Below, piece by piece: positions 7,961-16,594 of a DNA stretch of 26,213 bases. The notes under the pieces are model-generated. The model made no database searches. It saw nothing but the letters and a program-made list of their open reading frames with translations, and was not told the origin of the DNA. Origin of the DNA: an uncultured Dehalococcoidales bacterium (GTDB lineage: Bacteria > Chloroflexota > Dehalococcoidia > Dehalococcoidales > UBA1222). Position 1 is the stretch's first letter, and every line of letters begins with the position of its first letter. The stretch spans positions 1 to 26,213 of the forward strand of contig CAZPAL010000001.1 in NCBI GenBank assembly GCA_964584525.1, in the 5' to 3' direction. A program made the translations under genes and the position numbers.

Positions 7961-10032
7961 ATTTTTTCTGAAATGGGGGGGCATGGCGGCAGTATCAATT
8001 CGGATACGGCACGGGCGAACCCTTCCGGCCCTACCCCTTTGACCTTCAGTACCCGGCCGGCATTGATTTTATTCCAGTGGCGCCGCCCGTTCTGAACCAG
8101 CATCGGGTAGTCAACCCTTTCCAGCATGGGGGCGTCGTTTTCGGTATCTCCGAGCCCGAAGGTCTCAATCTGGCCGTAATTCAGTTTGAAGAGCTCATTC
8201 AGAATCTGTACCGCCTTGCCCTTGTCGGCTCCCTGGTTGGCCTCGAAGAAACGGCCGCCGAAGACTACGTGCAGGCCCTGTTTGCGGATGAAGTCCAGCA
8301 TCACCTCGATTTCCCGCCGGGTGCCGGGCAGGATGATGGTCTCGCTGTACTCCCTCTCCTTGGCCAGCTGGGCCATCTTGAGGCTGAGGTCGGTATGGCG
8401 CGCCACCTCTTCAACCGTCATGTCCCCGAAAGACAGAATTTCCTTCCCTGCCTCCTCCGCCGCCAGTTTTAGCCGCTGCCGGATTTCAGCATATGGCACG
8501 CCCAGTTCAATCAGATAGTAATCGCCGCTGACGCGGTCATAGGTGAAGGGGAAACGGAAATAGTCCTTGGGAATCAATATCGCCCCGCCGTTTTCGACGA
8601 TGAAGGGGTCACACACTTCCAGTTCCTGCCGGTAAACGAGTTGCTCGCTGCGTGTTTTGGCGGAGCAGAACACGGTTGGGATTTTCCGGGACTGCAGGCT
8701 GCGCAGGGCTTCCAGCGCAGCGGTGTAGGAATAGCTCACCGGGTGTAACAGCGTCCCGTCCAGGTCGGTGTAGACGATTTTACGGATTGTGCTCGAGGGA
8801 GCGCGGGGCGCCAGGCGGCCTTCCATTACCCAGTCGTCCGGAACCGCTATTTTGGCCAGGTGCCGGTCAAGGGCGCTCATCAGGGTTGTCAAATCCGCCT
8901 GGGCGGGCGGGGGGATCAGGCGTTGAACCGGCACCTGCTCTTCCTCTCCTTCTCCCAGGCAGGACATAGTCCTGAGTTGGTCCATAATCATCTTGCGGGT
9001 TGAAGGCTCGCAGGCCGCGCTGTGATAAATTACCGACAGGCTGGGCAGCAGCATGTCCTGGAGCAGGTGTTCGGAGTCTCCCCGGTCTTCGTGGAGGTGG
9101 GGGTTGACGGTTTCGGTCTGAATTATGTCAACGCCCTTCTCGGTGGCTGTTTTATCGCATATGGGCAGGATGCCGCCGAATTGTTCGAACACCGAGACCA
9201 GTTCCTGGGTTTCGACGCCGTAACCGGTGGCATATGTCAGCCGCATGGCCAATTCCATGCTCATGGCATGCTCCCCGGCGTTGGCTGTTTTGATGATTTC
9301 AGTTTCGAAGCGGCCCTTGGTGGACAGGAAATGGTTGATATGGCGGTTGGTAACCTCGGAAACCCGCCCCCATTTTTTGAAATAGATATCGGTGGTGATT
9401 TTGGGCTTGTAGCGCCACAGGATGCGCACCATCGAGAAGGGCGACTGGGCCAGGGTAAACCCCAGCGCGTAGTGCTTGGCGTATTCCCAGACAGCCCCCG
9501 GAATGAAGTTGTCGGTGTCGATCCCACCGACGTATTCCTTTTCGAGCAGTTTAGCCAGCAGGATGCCGGTAATCATGCCCTCGCTTTTTCCGCTGCGGAT
9601 AAACCCCTGGTCGTCGAGCAGTTCGGCGTAACCCGCCTGTTCGATGGCCTGAGCCATGAAGGGGTCTTTCTGGTGGACGATGAGTGCCCGGCGCTGGGTG
9701 GCCTGGCAGAAGCGGGTAAGTATGTCCTGCTCTATCTTGAAGGTGTCTATCTCTTCGCGCTGGCTGTTGGAAACCACGATGATGGTGCAGTCATGGGGGA
9801 TGCCGCTCAGCACCCCCTCGAACAGCTTCAGGTCTTCGTTCATGGTGGGCAGCACGATAGCCATCTTGCGCTCGACGGCTTCAATGGCTTCGCGCTCGAT
9901 GCGCTGCGTTTCCGTGCTTTCCCTGGCGCCGGGCATGGGCTTGGTGCCGGAATCCAGTTCCACCACGCGGCGCACGCCCTGGATGCGGACCGAACCCAGA
10001 TGTTCAAATGCTCTCATTGCTTCTATGCGCAA
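7957..10032 (-). CDS. mgsD: Bifunctional mannosyl-3-phosphoglycerate synthase/phosphatase (mannosylglycerate synthesis), about 691 aa
   Basis: N-terminal GT55 synthase: GIPHDC.IIVVSNS, SGKSEGM, IDTDN, RILWRYKPK, KWGRVSE, NAGEHAM, NPHLHE. C-terminal HAD phosphatase: YTDLDGTLL, CSAKT, VENG, DKGKAV, LGDTEND. TTG start at 10032 with AAGGAGG 7 nt upstream. Confidence 0.93.
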   Translation of the reverse strand: MRIEAMRAFEHLGSVRIQGVRRVVELDSGTKPMPGARESTETQRIEREAIEAVERKMAIVLPTMNEDLKLFEGVLSGIPHDCTIIVVSNSQREEIDTFKIEQDILTRFCQATQRRALIVHQKDPFMAQAIEQAGYAELLDDQGFIRSGKSEGMITGILLAKLLEKEYVGGIDTDNFIPGAVWEYAKHYALGFTLAQSPFSMVRILWRYKPKITTDIYFKKWGRVSEVTNRHINHFLSTKGRFETEIIKTANAGEHAMSMELAMRLTYATGYGVETQELVSVFEQFGGILPICDKTATEKGVDIIQTETVNPHLHEDRGDSEHLLQDMLLPSLSVIYHSAACEPSTRKMIMDQLRTMSCLGEGEEEQVPVQRLIPPPAQADLTTLMSALDRHLAKIAVPDDWVMEGRLAPRAPSSTIRKIVYTDLDGTLLHPVSYSYTAALEALRSLQSRKIPTVFCSAKTRSEQLVYRQELEVCDPFIVENGGAILIPKDYFRFPFTYDRVSGDYYLIELGVPYAEIRQRLKLAAEEAGKEILSFGDMTVEEVARHTDLSLKMAQLAKEREYSETIILPGTRREIEVMLDFIRKQGLHVVFGGRFFEANQGADKGKAVQILNELFKLNYGQIETFGLGDTENDAPMLERVDYPMLVQNGRRHWNKINAGRVLKVKGVGPEGFARAVSELILPPCPPISEKI

Positions 10033-10217
10033 GGTTTTGCCTCCTTGTGTGGGAACGGCTGGTGAAGATTCCCGGGGTTCCCAGTCCATAAAAGTCGGCG
10101 CAACGCACCGGCGTAAAGCCATGGATTTGTGCGGCGCTTAACAATCACTCGCGGCAGCGGACGCCGCTCACTCCACAATTTAACACACCTCCGGGTCTAT
10201 GTAAACCCCGGCAAATA

Positions 10218-10252
10218 GAGAAGCCGCGCCCGTAACCGGGGTGCGGCTTCTC
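10218..10252 (-). terminator. Probable intrinsic terminator after the lipoprotein gene
   Basis: GAGAAGCCGC / GCGGCTTCTC 10-bp stem with further inner pairs, followed by TATTT on the minus strand, about 24 nt after the stop. Confidence 0.6.
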
Positions 10253-10275
10253 GGGGCACTACGGCCGGAGTGGAT

Positions 10276-10788
10276 TTACTGGAAAGTGAACTGGTAATCC
10301 GGGCGGCTGTAACCGAAAGAATCATCGGTGATGGTAAAGGTGCAGTGGCTGATGAGGATATACCCCAGCACCGGGCCAGCGAATACTCCTTCCACATCCA
10401 CGGTGTAACCCACCTTGAGCGGCATCATCAGTTCGAGATAATCGGTGCGGAAGCGGAATCCCTGGTTGGAGATGAATTGTTCAGGGCTTGGAGGTTTGTA
10501 CACTTCGCTCATATCCTCGATTTTGACATTGCGCACCAACAGCAGCTTGCCGGAATACCTGGCGGCTGTCCCCGCCGGGTCGGAAGCGTATTCGCCGGCC
10601 AGGTCCGCCATTTCGATTTCGACGGCTTGCGGCTGGACCGGAGTGGTGGCGGTTGGGATGGTGGTGGTGGCGGCGGGAGTGGCTACCTCCAGTTGCGTCT
10701 GGCTGGTACCGGCAGGCGCGCACGCAGCCAGCGCCATGAGTAACAGAGCGGCCGAAAAGCCTGCTCCCATAATCCTGTGTGTTTTCAT
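10276..10788 (-). CDS. Lipoprotein with OB-fold (tRNA_anti-like) domain, 170 aa
   Basis: Signal peptide with LAAC lipobox, Thr/Pro linker, and the LAGEYASDP..TAARYSGKLLLV pattern. SD GAGGAG 6 nt upstream. Confidence 0.75.
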   Translation of the reverse strand: MKTHRIMGAGFSAALLLMALAACAPAGTSQTQLEVATPAATTTIPTATTPVQPQAVEIEMADLAGEYASDPAGTAARYSGKLLLVRNVKIEDMSEVYKPPSPEQFISNQGFRFRTDYLELMMPLKVGYTVDVEGVFAGPVLGYILISHCTFTITDDSFGYSRPDYQFTFQ

Positions 10789-10915
10789 TCATCGCTCCTC
10801 TTAAGGCATACGTTTATCAGATACCTGTATCGTAAGGCGCCCGGCGGCGCCCGGCAGTGATAAAAGTCACCGGGGCAGGGGCGGCGGCTTGCGCCTTATA
10901 TACCGGTGCCGGGGG

Positions 10916-10924
10916 TGGTATAAT
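10916..10924 (+). promoter_or_regulatory. Extended -10 promoter (TGgTATAAT)
   Basis: TGGTATAAT 23 nt upstream of ATG 10948, with SD GGAGG between them. Confidence 0.6.
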
Positions 10925-10947
10925 CCGCTAAAAATCCGGGAGGCAAA

Positions 10948-11673
10948 ATGACCATCAATACTGCCCGCCGCACCATGAACATCTGGATTGCCGTTACTCT
11001 GCTTTCTGTCTTCGGCATTTTCGCGCCGTCAATCTTCGGCCTGGACGGCATGGACGGCGGCTTTGCCATCTCCTTCGCCTGCCTGTTGCTGGCCATTACC
11101 GCTTTCATCGTCATCTTCATGTACCGCGGGCGGGCCAGAGCGGTGGACAAGATGCTCGAAGGCTCGAACATACTGGTGCGCTGGAAATACAGCGAGGGCG
11201 AATGGGCGGAATACACCGAGAACTCCTATCAGGCCGAAAAGTCCGGCAAATGGGGGTTGTATCTGTTCGTGATGGCCATTGCCGCCGTGGTGTGTTTCTT
11301 TTTCTGGATATTCGTAGAGGATTCCGGGTTAATCATGGTGGGGGTGATGGGCGGCCTGGCCGTGATTCTGGCGCTGACCATCCTCATCACCACCAATTAC
11401 GACCGCTGGCAGAACCGCAGACACCTGGGGGAAGCCATCATCAGCCGAGACGGCGTTTATATCAACCGCTTGCTGCACCTCTGGCGCGGATGGGGGGCCA
11501 GGCTGGACGGGGCTGAATACAACCGGCGCGAGCGCATGCTGGAATTCACTTACTCCGCCCCCTCGCGAACGGGGCGCAACTACGCCACTGCGCGCGTGCC
11601 CGTACCCACCGGGGCGGAAGCCAGAGCGGAAGAAATCCTGGCGTCGTTCACCGGCGGCAGGGAACGGGAGTAG
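10948..11673 (+). CDS. Hypothetical membrane protein (about 4 TM), 241 aa
   Basis: Two pairs of hydrophobic helices separated by LVRWKYSEGEW. Good promoter and SD. No family recognised. Confidence 0.8.
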   Translation: MTINTARRTMNIWIAVTLLSVFGIFAPSIFGLDGMDGGFAISFACLLLAITAFIVIFMYRGRARAVDKMLEGSNILVRWKYSEGEWAEYTENSYQAEKSGKWGLYLFVMAIAAVVCFFFWIFVEDSGLIMVGVMGGLAVILALTILITTNYDRWQNRRHLGEAIISRDGVYINRLLHLWRGWGARLDGAEYNRRERMLEFTYSAPSRTGRNYATARVPVPTGAEARAEEILASFTGGRERE

Positions 11674-11674
11674 T

Positions 11675-12430
11675 TCACGAAAAAAGCGTGCGGATGCGGT
11701 TTTCCAGAGCGGCGGCTGCCGGGTTGAACCTGGAACGCGGGCGGGGGGAGGCGACTTCCAGTATGCCCCTGATGGAAGCAGGCCGCCCCGAGAGCACGAT
11801 TACCCGGTCAGCCAGATAGACCGCTTCCTGGGGGTCGTGCGTAACCCACACCATGCTTTTGCCGGTGCGCGCCCGGATGGAGATGATTTCATCCTGGAGT
11901 TCCTCGCGCGTGCGCACATCCAGCCCGGTGAGGGGTTCATCCAGTAAAAGAACATCTGGATTGGTAACCAGGGCGCGGGCCAGCGCCACCCTCTGGCGCA
12001 TACCGCCGGAAAGCTGGTGCGGGAACGCCCCGGTGAAGTCAGGCAGCGATACAATGCTCAGGGCGTCCGATATGGCGGCTTGCTCTTTCGCTCCCAGCTC
12101 CTCCCCGCGCAGTTCGAAGGGCAAACCGACATTGCCGGCGGCGGTGCGCCAGGGAAGCAGCCTGGGTTCCTGAAAGACCATGCCGATATGCTGCCGGTGC
12201 TGGCGTTGAGTGCCGACCTCATGCCCCATCAGCCGGACGCTTTCCTGCCTGGAGGGGAGCAGGCCGGCCACGATGCGCAGCAGGGTGGTTTTACCACAGC
12301 CGGAAGGGCCCAGTATACATACGATTTCCCCCTGGTAGATGCTGAAGGTTATGTCCTCCAGCACCTTGAGGCGGTCGAAACTGTGCTCTAGGCGTTCAAC
12401 CTTCAGGATTTCTGTTCGGTTGGTTTCCAC
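11675..12430 (-). CDS. ABC transporter ATPase, NitT/TauT (SsuB/TauB-like), 251 aa
   Basis: GPSGCGKTT, VFQEPRLLPW, LSGGMRQR, LLLDEP and VTHD. Confidence 0.96.
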   Translation of the reverse strand: METNRTEILKVERLEHSFDRLKVLEDITFSIYQGEIVCILGPSGCGKTTLLRIVAGLLPSRQESVRLMGHEVGTQRQHRQHIGMVFQEPRLLPWRTAAGNVGLPFELRGEELGAKEQAAISDALSIVSLPDFTGAFPHQLSGGMRQRVALARALVTNPDVLLLDEPLTGLDVRTREELQDEIISIRARTGKSMVWVTHDPQEAVYLADRVIVLSGRPASIRGILEVASPRPRSRFNPAAAALENRIRTLFS

Positions 12431-13167
12431 TGGCGTATATACTTCCTGTCGATATAATTGAAAAGACCGTAATCCGTCATGAGCAGGATGAGCGCGAAGG
12501 CCAGCGTCCAGCCGAAAACCTGCGTGATACGGTAGCTTTCGAAGGCGATGGTGAGCATGTACCCCATGCCCGAAGCCGCGCCGAAAACTTCACCCAGAAT
12601 CACCACTTTCCATGCGACCATGGCTGAACTCCTGACAGCGGCGAAGAGGTAGGGATAGAGCATGGGCAGAATCACCCTGCCGAGTATGCGGGCGCGCCGG
12701 CTGGTATACATGGAGGCCATTTCTATCAGGTTGTTATCCAACTCCTTCATGCCCTCCCAGATATTGATGATGAAGAAGGGAGCGACGGCCACGGCCACCG
12801 CCAGGATGGGGGTGGCATCCGACAGCCCGAACCACAACACGAAAACCAGCGCCCAGCAGATGGTGGGGACCGATTGCAGAAGCGGATAAATCACCGTTCG
12901 CACAGCCGTGCGCAGCAGGTTGGAGTAGCGCGTGGCGATACCTAAAAGCGCGCCTAAAGACGAACCCAGCGCCATGCCCATCACCACGCGGTAGGTGGTG
13001 ATGCCGATGTGTTCCCAGTTGCGCGCCGAAAAGACGATGTCCATGAAAGCGAGCAGCGTCTGCCACGGGGTGGGGAAAAGCACGGATTCGGACAGCGCAG
13101 CCACCGCCCACCACAGCAGCCAGAAAATGGCGGTGACCAGCGCAGTCAGCAGTGCTTTTTTTACCAT
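12403..13167 (-). CDS. ABC transporter permease, NitT/TauT family, 254 aa
   Basis: LFPTPWQT, ITTYRV..G...G...G, EAA-like LIEMASMY..R..ILGRVILPMLYPYL, and WKVVILGEV. Confidence 0.93.
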   Translation of the reverse strand: MVKKALLTALVTAIFWLLWWAVAALSESVLFPTPWQTLLAFMDIVFSARNWEHIGITTYRVVMGMALGSSLGALLGIATRYSNLLRTAVRTVIYPLLQSVPTICWALVFVLWFGLSDATPILAVAVAVAPFFIINIWEGMKELDNNLIEMASMYTSRRARILGRVILPMLYPYLFAAVRSSAMVAWKVVILGEVFGAASGMGYMLTIAFESYRITQVFGWTLAFALILLMTDYGLFNYIDRKYIRQWKPTEQKS

Positions 13168-14168
13168 TTTTCGAACATAGCGCTTGCCTGCGGCAGGTTG
13201 CCTATGATTCCGCGGTCTTTGACGAAGCCGAAGATGGACATCACGCTGGTTTCCAGTTTGCCTTCCACCGCATCGAAAGTCACCCGGTAGTGCAGCCGGT
13301 AGGCATTCTGATAAAACTCGGCGCTGCCGCCGAATTCGGCCACGTACTTTTGCGACAGCTCAACCAGCCGCTCCTCTCCGTATTGCTGGCTTTCCTTGAG
13401 CAACTCATATATGGCTTTGGCTGTCTGGCGATTGTTTTCGAGGTACCCGGCCTGTACGGCCAGGAACGACGCCGGGTTATAGGTGCCGTACTTCTGCTCG
13501 AAAGCCTGGTCCACGTTCCACAGCACCTTGAAATCGGTGCTGTAGAAAGTTTGCACCGAAGGGTCGCCCAGCAGCAGGGCGGCGTCAATATCGCCCTTGC
13601 GCAGGAATTCGATGAGCTGCGGCGGGGCGCCGTCAATCATGGTGAGCTGGCTTTCATCGATGCCGTACTGGCTTTTGAGCATGCCCAGGAAGGTGCTGGC
13701 AGTGCCGCTCTGAAGGCCGGGCACGCCCACCCGCTTTCCCGCCAGGTCGGCGGGCGAACTGAGAGAACCGCCCTGGCGGATATAAACCACGGCCACGCCG
13801 CTGGTGGCCTCCAGCCCGGTATGCGCCAGATAGACACCCATCGTTTTGAGCGCCACTGCGCTTCTCTCGGTGGCCACCGCGAAAGCGGCGGTGTTCATGG
13901 CGCCGATGACATAATTGCCGGCCAGCATCTGGTCGTCGAATTTGAGCGACTGGTCTACGGTCACATTCACCTTGTCCGAGGTGACCTCGCCGCTGGTGAT
14001 GCCGTAAGTGCACAGCCAGCTCCCGAAATAGGGCGCCATGACGATGCTCACCGTCGGTGTTTCGGTGGGTGCGGTGCGGCAGCCGGCAACTGACGGAAGC
14101 ACCAGCAGGCAGCCGAGCAGAAGGCAAAGCACGAGGGTCCACTTTTTATGAGTCAATTTTCCCTCCAT
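13161..14168 (-). CDS. ABC substrate-binding lipoprotein, SsuA/THI5-like (type 2 periplasmic-binding fold), 335 aa
   Basis: VAGC lipobox, SPADLAGKRVGVPG, and LRKGDIDAALL. Starts 4 nt after the prenyltransferase stop. Confidence 0.9.
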   Translation of the reverse strand: MEGKLTHKKWTLVLCLLLGCLLVLPSVAGCRTAPTETPTVSIVMAPYFGSWLCTYGITSGEVTSDKVNVTVDQSLKFDDQMLAGNYVIGAMNTAAFAVATERSAVALKTMGVYLAHTGLEATSGVAVVYIRQGGSLSSPADLAGKRVGVPGLQSGTASTFLGMLKSQYGIDESQLTMIDGAPPQLIEFLRKGDIDAALLLGDPSVQTFYSTDFKVLWNVDQAFEQKYGTYNPASFLAVQAGYLENNRQTAKAIYELLKESQQYGEERLVELSQKYVAEFGGSAEFYQNAYRLHYRVTFDAVEGKLETSVMSIFGFVKDRGIIGNLPQASAMFEKW

Positions 14169-14172
14169 CGTG

Positions 14173-15120
14173 TTATGCGCTATTTGTTAACCCGTCCATC
14201 AAAAAAGTGAGGCTCAGAGTAAGGGGAGAAAGCATCAATCCCAGAAAGCCTTGGCGGCAGGCAAGTTCCAACCCCTGGCGGGTGCGCCAGCGGCCGTTGA
14301 GCATGGGTACCAGGCTCCAGCCCAGGTACAGCGCCGGCCCCAGGTTGAGGGCAGCCCAGGGCGAGCGCGTGATGAGGAAGGTGGGGATGAAAAGCAGGAT
14401 GGCGGCTGCCATCAGTACGATGTAAACGCGGCTCATGCGTTCCCGCCCGAAGATGACGGCCAGCGTGCGCTTGCCGGCGGCGGCGTCGGCTTCGGCATCC
14501 GGAAAAGCGCGCAGCAGCTTGATGGCCGGCACGGCGGCGAACTGGGTTGAAGCCACCGCTACCGGCAGCCAGCTCAGGCCGGCCTGTGTGTAATAGATGG
14601 TGATGATGAGCAGCCCGTAGCCCGCCATCATGAATATTTCCCCCAGGCCGCGGTAGGCGGCCTGGATAGGCGGCGCGGTATAGAACCAGCCAATCAGCAT
14701 TCCCGCCGCGCCCAGCGGGATGGTGAGCGGCCCGGTATTGAAATGAAACTGCAGCAGCAATCCGAGCGGCGCCGCCAGCAAGAAGAACAGCAGCGAAGCT
14801 AAAAGCGCGTGCCTGAGCGGGATGAGCCCTTCTACCAGCACCCGCGTGCCTCCGGTGCTGGTCAAGCCCTGCCTGCGGCCTCCCAGCCGCCCCAGATTGA
14901 TGCGGTCGGTTTCATAATCGAAATATTCATTGGAGATGAAGGCGCCGTTGGCGATAAAAAAAACAGAAATGAGCGTGATAAGGAAAACCGGCCAGGAGAA
15001 AATGCCGGTAGCCCACCATGCCAGCACGCCGCCCAGCGCAATGCGGAAGACGACGGCGATATGTTTAGGCAGTTCCTGGATTTCTATCCATGCCCTAAGA
15101 TTGGATTTGAACGGTGACAT
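14173..15120 (-). CDS. UbiA-superfamily prenyltransferase, MenA-like (copy 1), about 315 aa
   Basis: NEYFDYETD (Asp-rich motif I), FYTAPP..AYRGLGE and RAFPDAEADAAAGKRTLAV (motif II); highly hydrophobic. I chose start 15120 by alignment with copy 2; ATG 15126 is an alternative. Confidence 0.88.
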   Translation of the reverse strand: MSPFKSNLRAWIEIQELPKHIAVVFRIALGGVLAWWATGIFSWPVFLITLISVFFIANGAFISNEYFDYETDRINLGRLGGRRQGLTSTGGTRVLVEGLIPLRHALLASLLFFLLAAPLGLLLQFHFNTGPLTIPLGAAGMLIGWFYTAPPIQAAYRGLGEIFMMAGYGLLIITIYYTQAGLSWLPVAVASTQFAAVPAIKLLRAFPDAEADAAAGKRTLAVIFGRERMSRVYIVLMAAAILLFIPTFLITRSPWAALNLGPALYLGWSLVPMLNGRWRTRQGLELACRQGFLGLMLSPLTLSLTFLMDGLTNSA

Positions 15121-15382
15121 GTTCATTTTCTGATTCGGCCGGGCCGGCAATTTCCCGGGCCGGCTAAACGGCGCCCCATTTTTCACCTGTGCCGGAACGC
15201 AACATAACTCAGGGCAATATATGATAGCAGAGAGCCTGCCTTTTTGTCATGAGCCCCGGGGGCCTACATCGAGTCAAACCCCGCATTGCCGGGTCTGCCT
15301 CTCTGTATGCGCCGGGGTGGTAAAAAGGGTAAAATGCAAGCGGCGGCAATTCGGCTGCCGGAGTGCCGGGGAGGGGTTTCCG

Positions 15383-16594
15383 ATGAAGATGGCGCAGCAG
15401 GAACTGGACGAAGCGCGCAGGCTGGAGCGGGTGTTCATTTTTCACCGGTGGCTCTACGTTCCGGCTGTTCTGCTCACCGCTTGGCTGTATGGCTGGCTCA
15501 GCCAGCCGCTGGTGATGCTGGCGTCCGGCGGGCTGGCGGCTGCCAATATGGCAGCCCATCTGATAAACGGCAGGCTGGGCACCCTGCGCGCCCAGGCGGC
15601 GCTGGGCGCCTGCCTCTTCGCGGTAGACAGCCTGGCAGCCTGGGCGTTGATAATCCTGGGCATGTCTAACGGCCAGGGCGCAGTCTATGTTGTATTCGCC
15701 CTGATTATCGTCGAGGCCGCCACGCGTTACAGCCTGTGGGGTAGCCTGGCCACGGACATCGTTTTCGCGCTGGGTTTGTACCTGCTCTGGTTTGCGGGGC
15801 CGCGGAACCCGGGTGAAAACTTTACGGCGGCGAACTATCTGGTGGCGGTGGGAGTGCTGTCGTTTGTGTCCCTGATGGTGGGCATGGTCGCTCGCGAATG
15901 GCGCAAACAGCGTCGCTTTGCCGAGCAACTGGCGGCGGACAAGGCTTCATTGCTGGAAAGGCGGCGCATCTCCAACGAACTGCATGACAGCGTTCTCAAG
16001 AGCCTGCAGGGACTGGCGCTCGAGGCGCATGCCCTTGAGCGCGACAGCGCCAGCGGCGCCGCACGGTCGGCGGGAGAAAGGGCCGGCTATATCGAGGATG
16101 TCTGCGCGCAGCTCAGCCAGGAGATAAGGGGTGTCATTTTAGGACTGCGCGATGAGGGGGCGGGTGAGGATTTAGTCCGGCGCATTACCGGCCTCCTCAA
16201 GGCGTGGAGCGAAAAAACCGGCATCGCCGCCGGGTTCACTCATGGCGGAGATGTGCCGCCGCTGCCGCCCAGGATGGCGCATGACCTGCTGAGGGTTATC
16301 GAGGAAGGGCTGGCTAACATCGCCCGTCATGCCGGAGCGTCGCGGGCCGAGGTTTTCCTGGAAGTCAGCGAAAACCATCTCCGGCTGATGATTCGGGATG
16401 ACGGCTGTGGTTTCGCGGCGGATGCGGGGGAGATTTATGCGTTCGTGCGCCAGGGCAAGCTGGGGCTGGTTTCCATGAAAGAGCGGGTGGAGCTGGCAGG
16501 GGGGCGTTTTACCATCGAAAGCGGGCCGGGGGGGACGGTGTTGACCGCTGGTATTCCCCTGGCCGGTGGGGGTCCTGCGGAGACTGATAAATGA
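15383..16594 (+). CDS. Membrane sensor histidine kinase, HisKA_3 (NarX/DesK-like), about 403 aa
   Basis: About 6 N-terminal TM helices with no large extracytoplasmic loop. ERRRISNELHDSV H-box, EGLANIARHA, DDGCGF, GLVSMKER. Start 15383 after GGAGGGG. Confidence 0.93.
   Translation: MKMAQQELDEARRLERVFIFHRWLYVPAVLLTAWLYGWLSQPLVMLASGGLAAANMAAHLINGRLGTLRAQAALGACLFAVDSLAAWALIILGMSNGQGAVYVVFALIIVEAATRYSLWGSLATDIVFALGLYLLWFAGPRNPGENFTAANYLVAVGVLSFVSLMVGMVAREWRKQRRFAEQLAADKASLLERRRISNELHDSVLKSLQGLALEAHALERDSASGAARSAGERAGYIEDVCAQLSQEIRGVILGLRDEGAGEDLVRRITGLLKAWSEKTGIAAGFTHGGDVPPLPPRMAHDLLRVIEEGLANIARHAGASRAEVFLEVSENHLRLMIRDDGCGFAADAGEIYAFVRQGKLGLVSMKERVELAGGRFTIESGPGGTVLTAGIPLAGGGPAETDK

Noticed and set aside
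9022-10065. Long antisense ORFs (also 13152-14093, 17498-18160, 19408-20055, 23232-23858 and 859-1449)
   Set aside because: They are shadows of well-supported genes on the opposite strand, as expected in high-GC coding DNA, and carry no recognisable motifs.
10100-10140. GGCGTAAAGCCATGGATT resembling part of a c-di-GMP-I riboswitch
   Set aside because: It is antisense to mgsD and lacks the GAAA tetraloop hairpin and the rest of the consensus.
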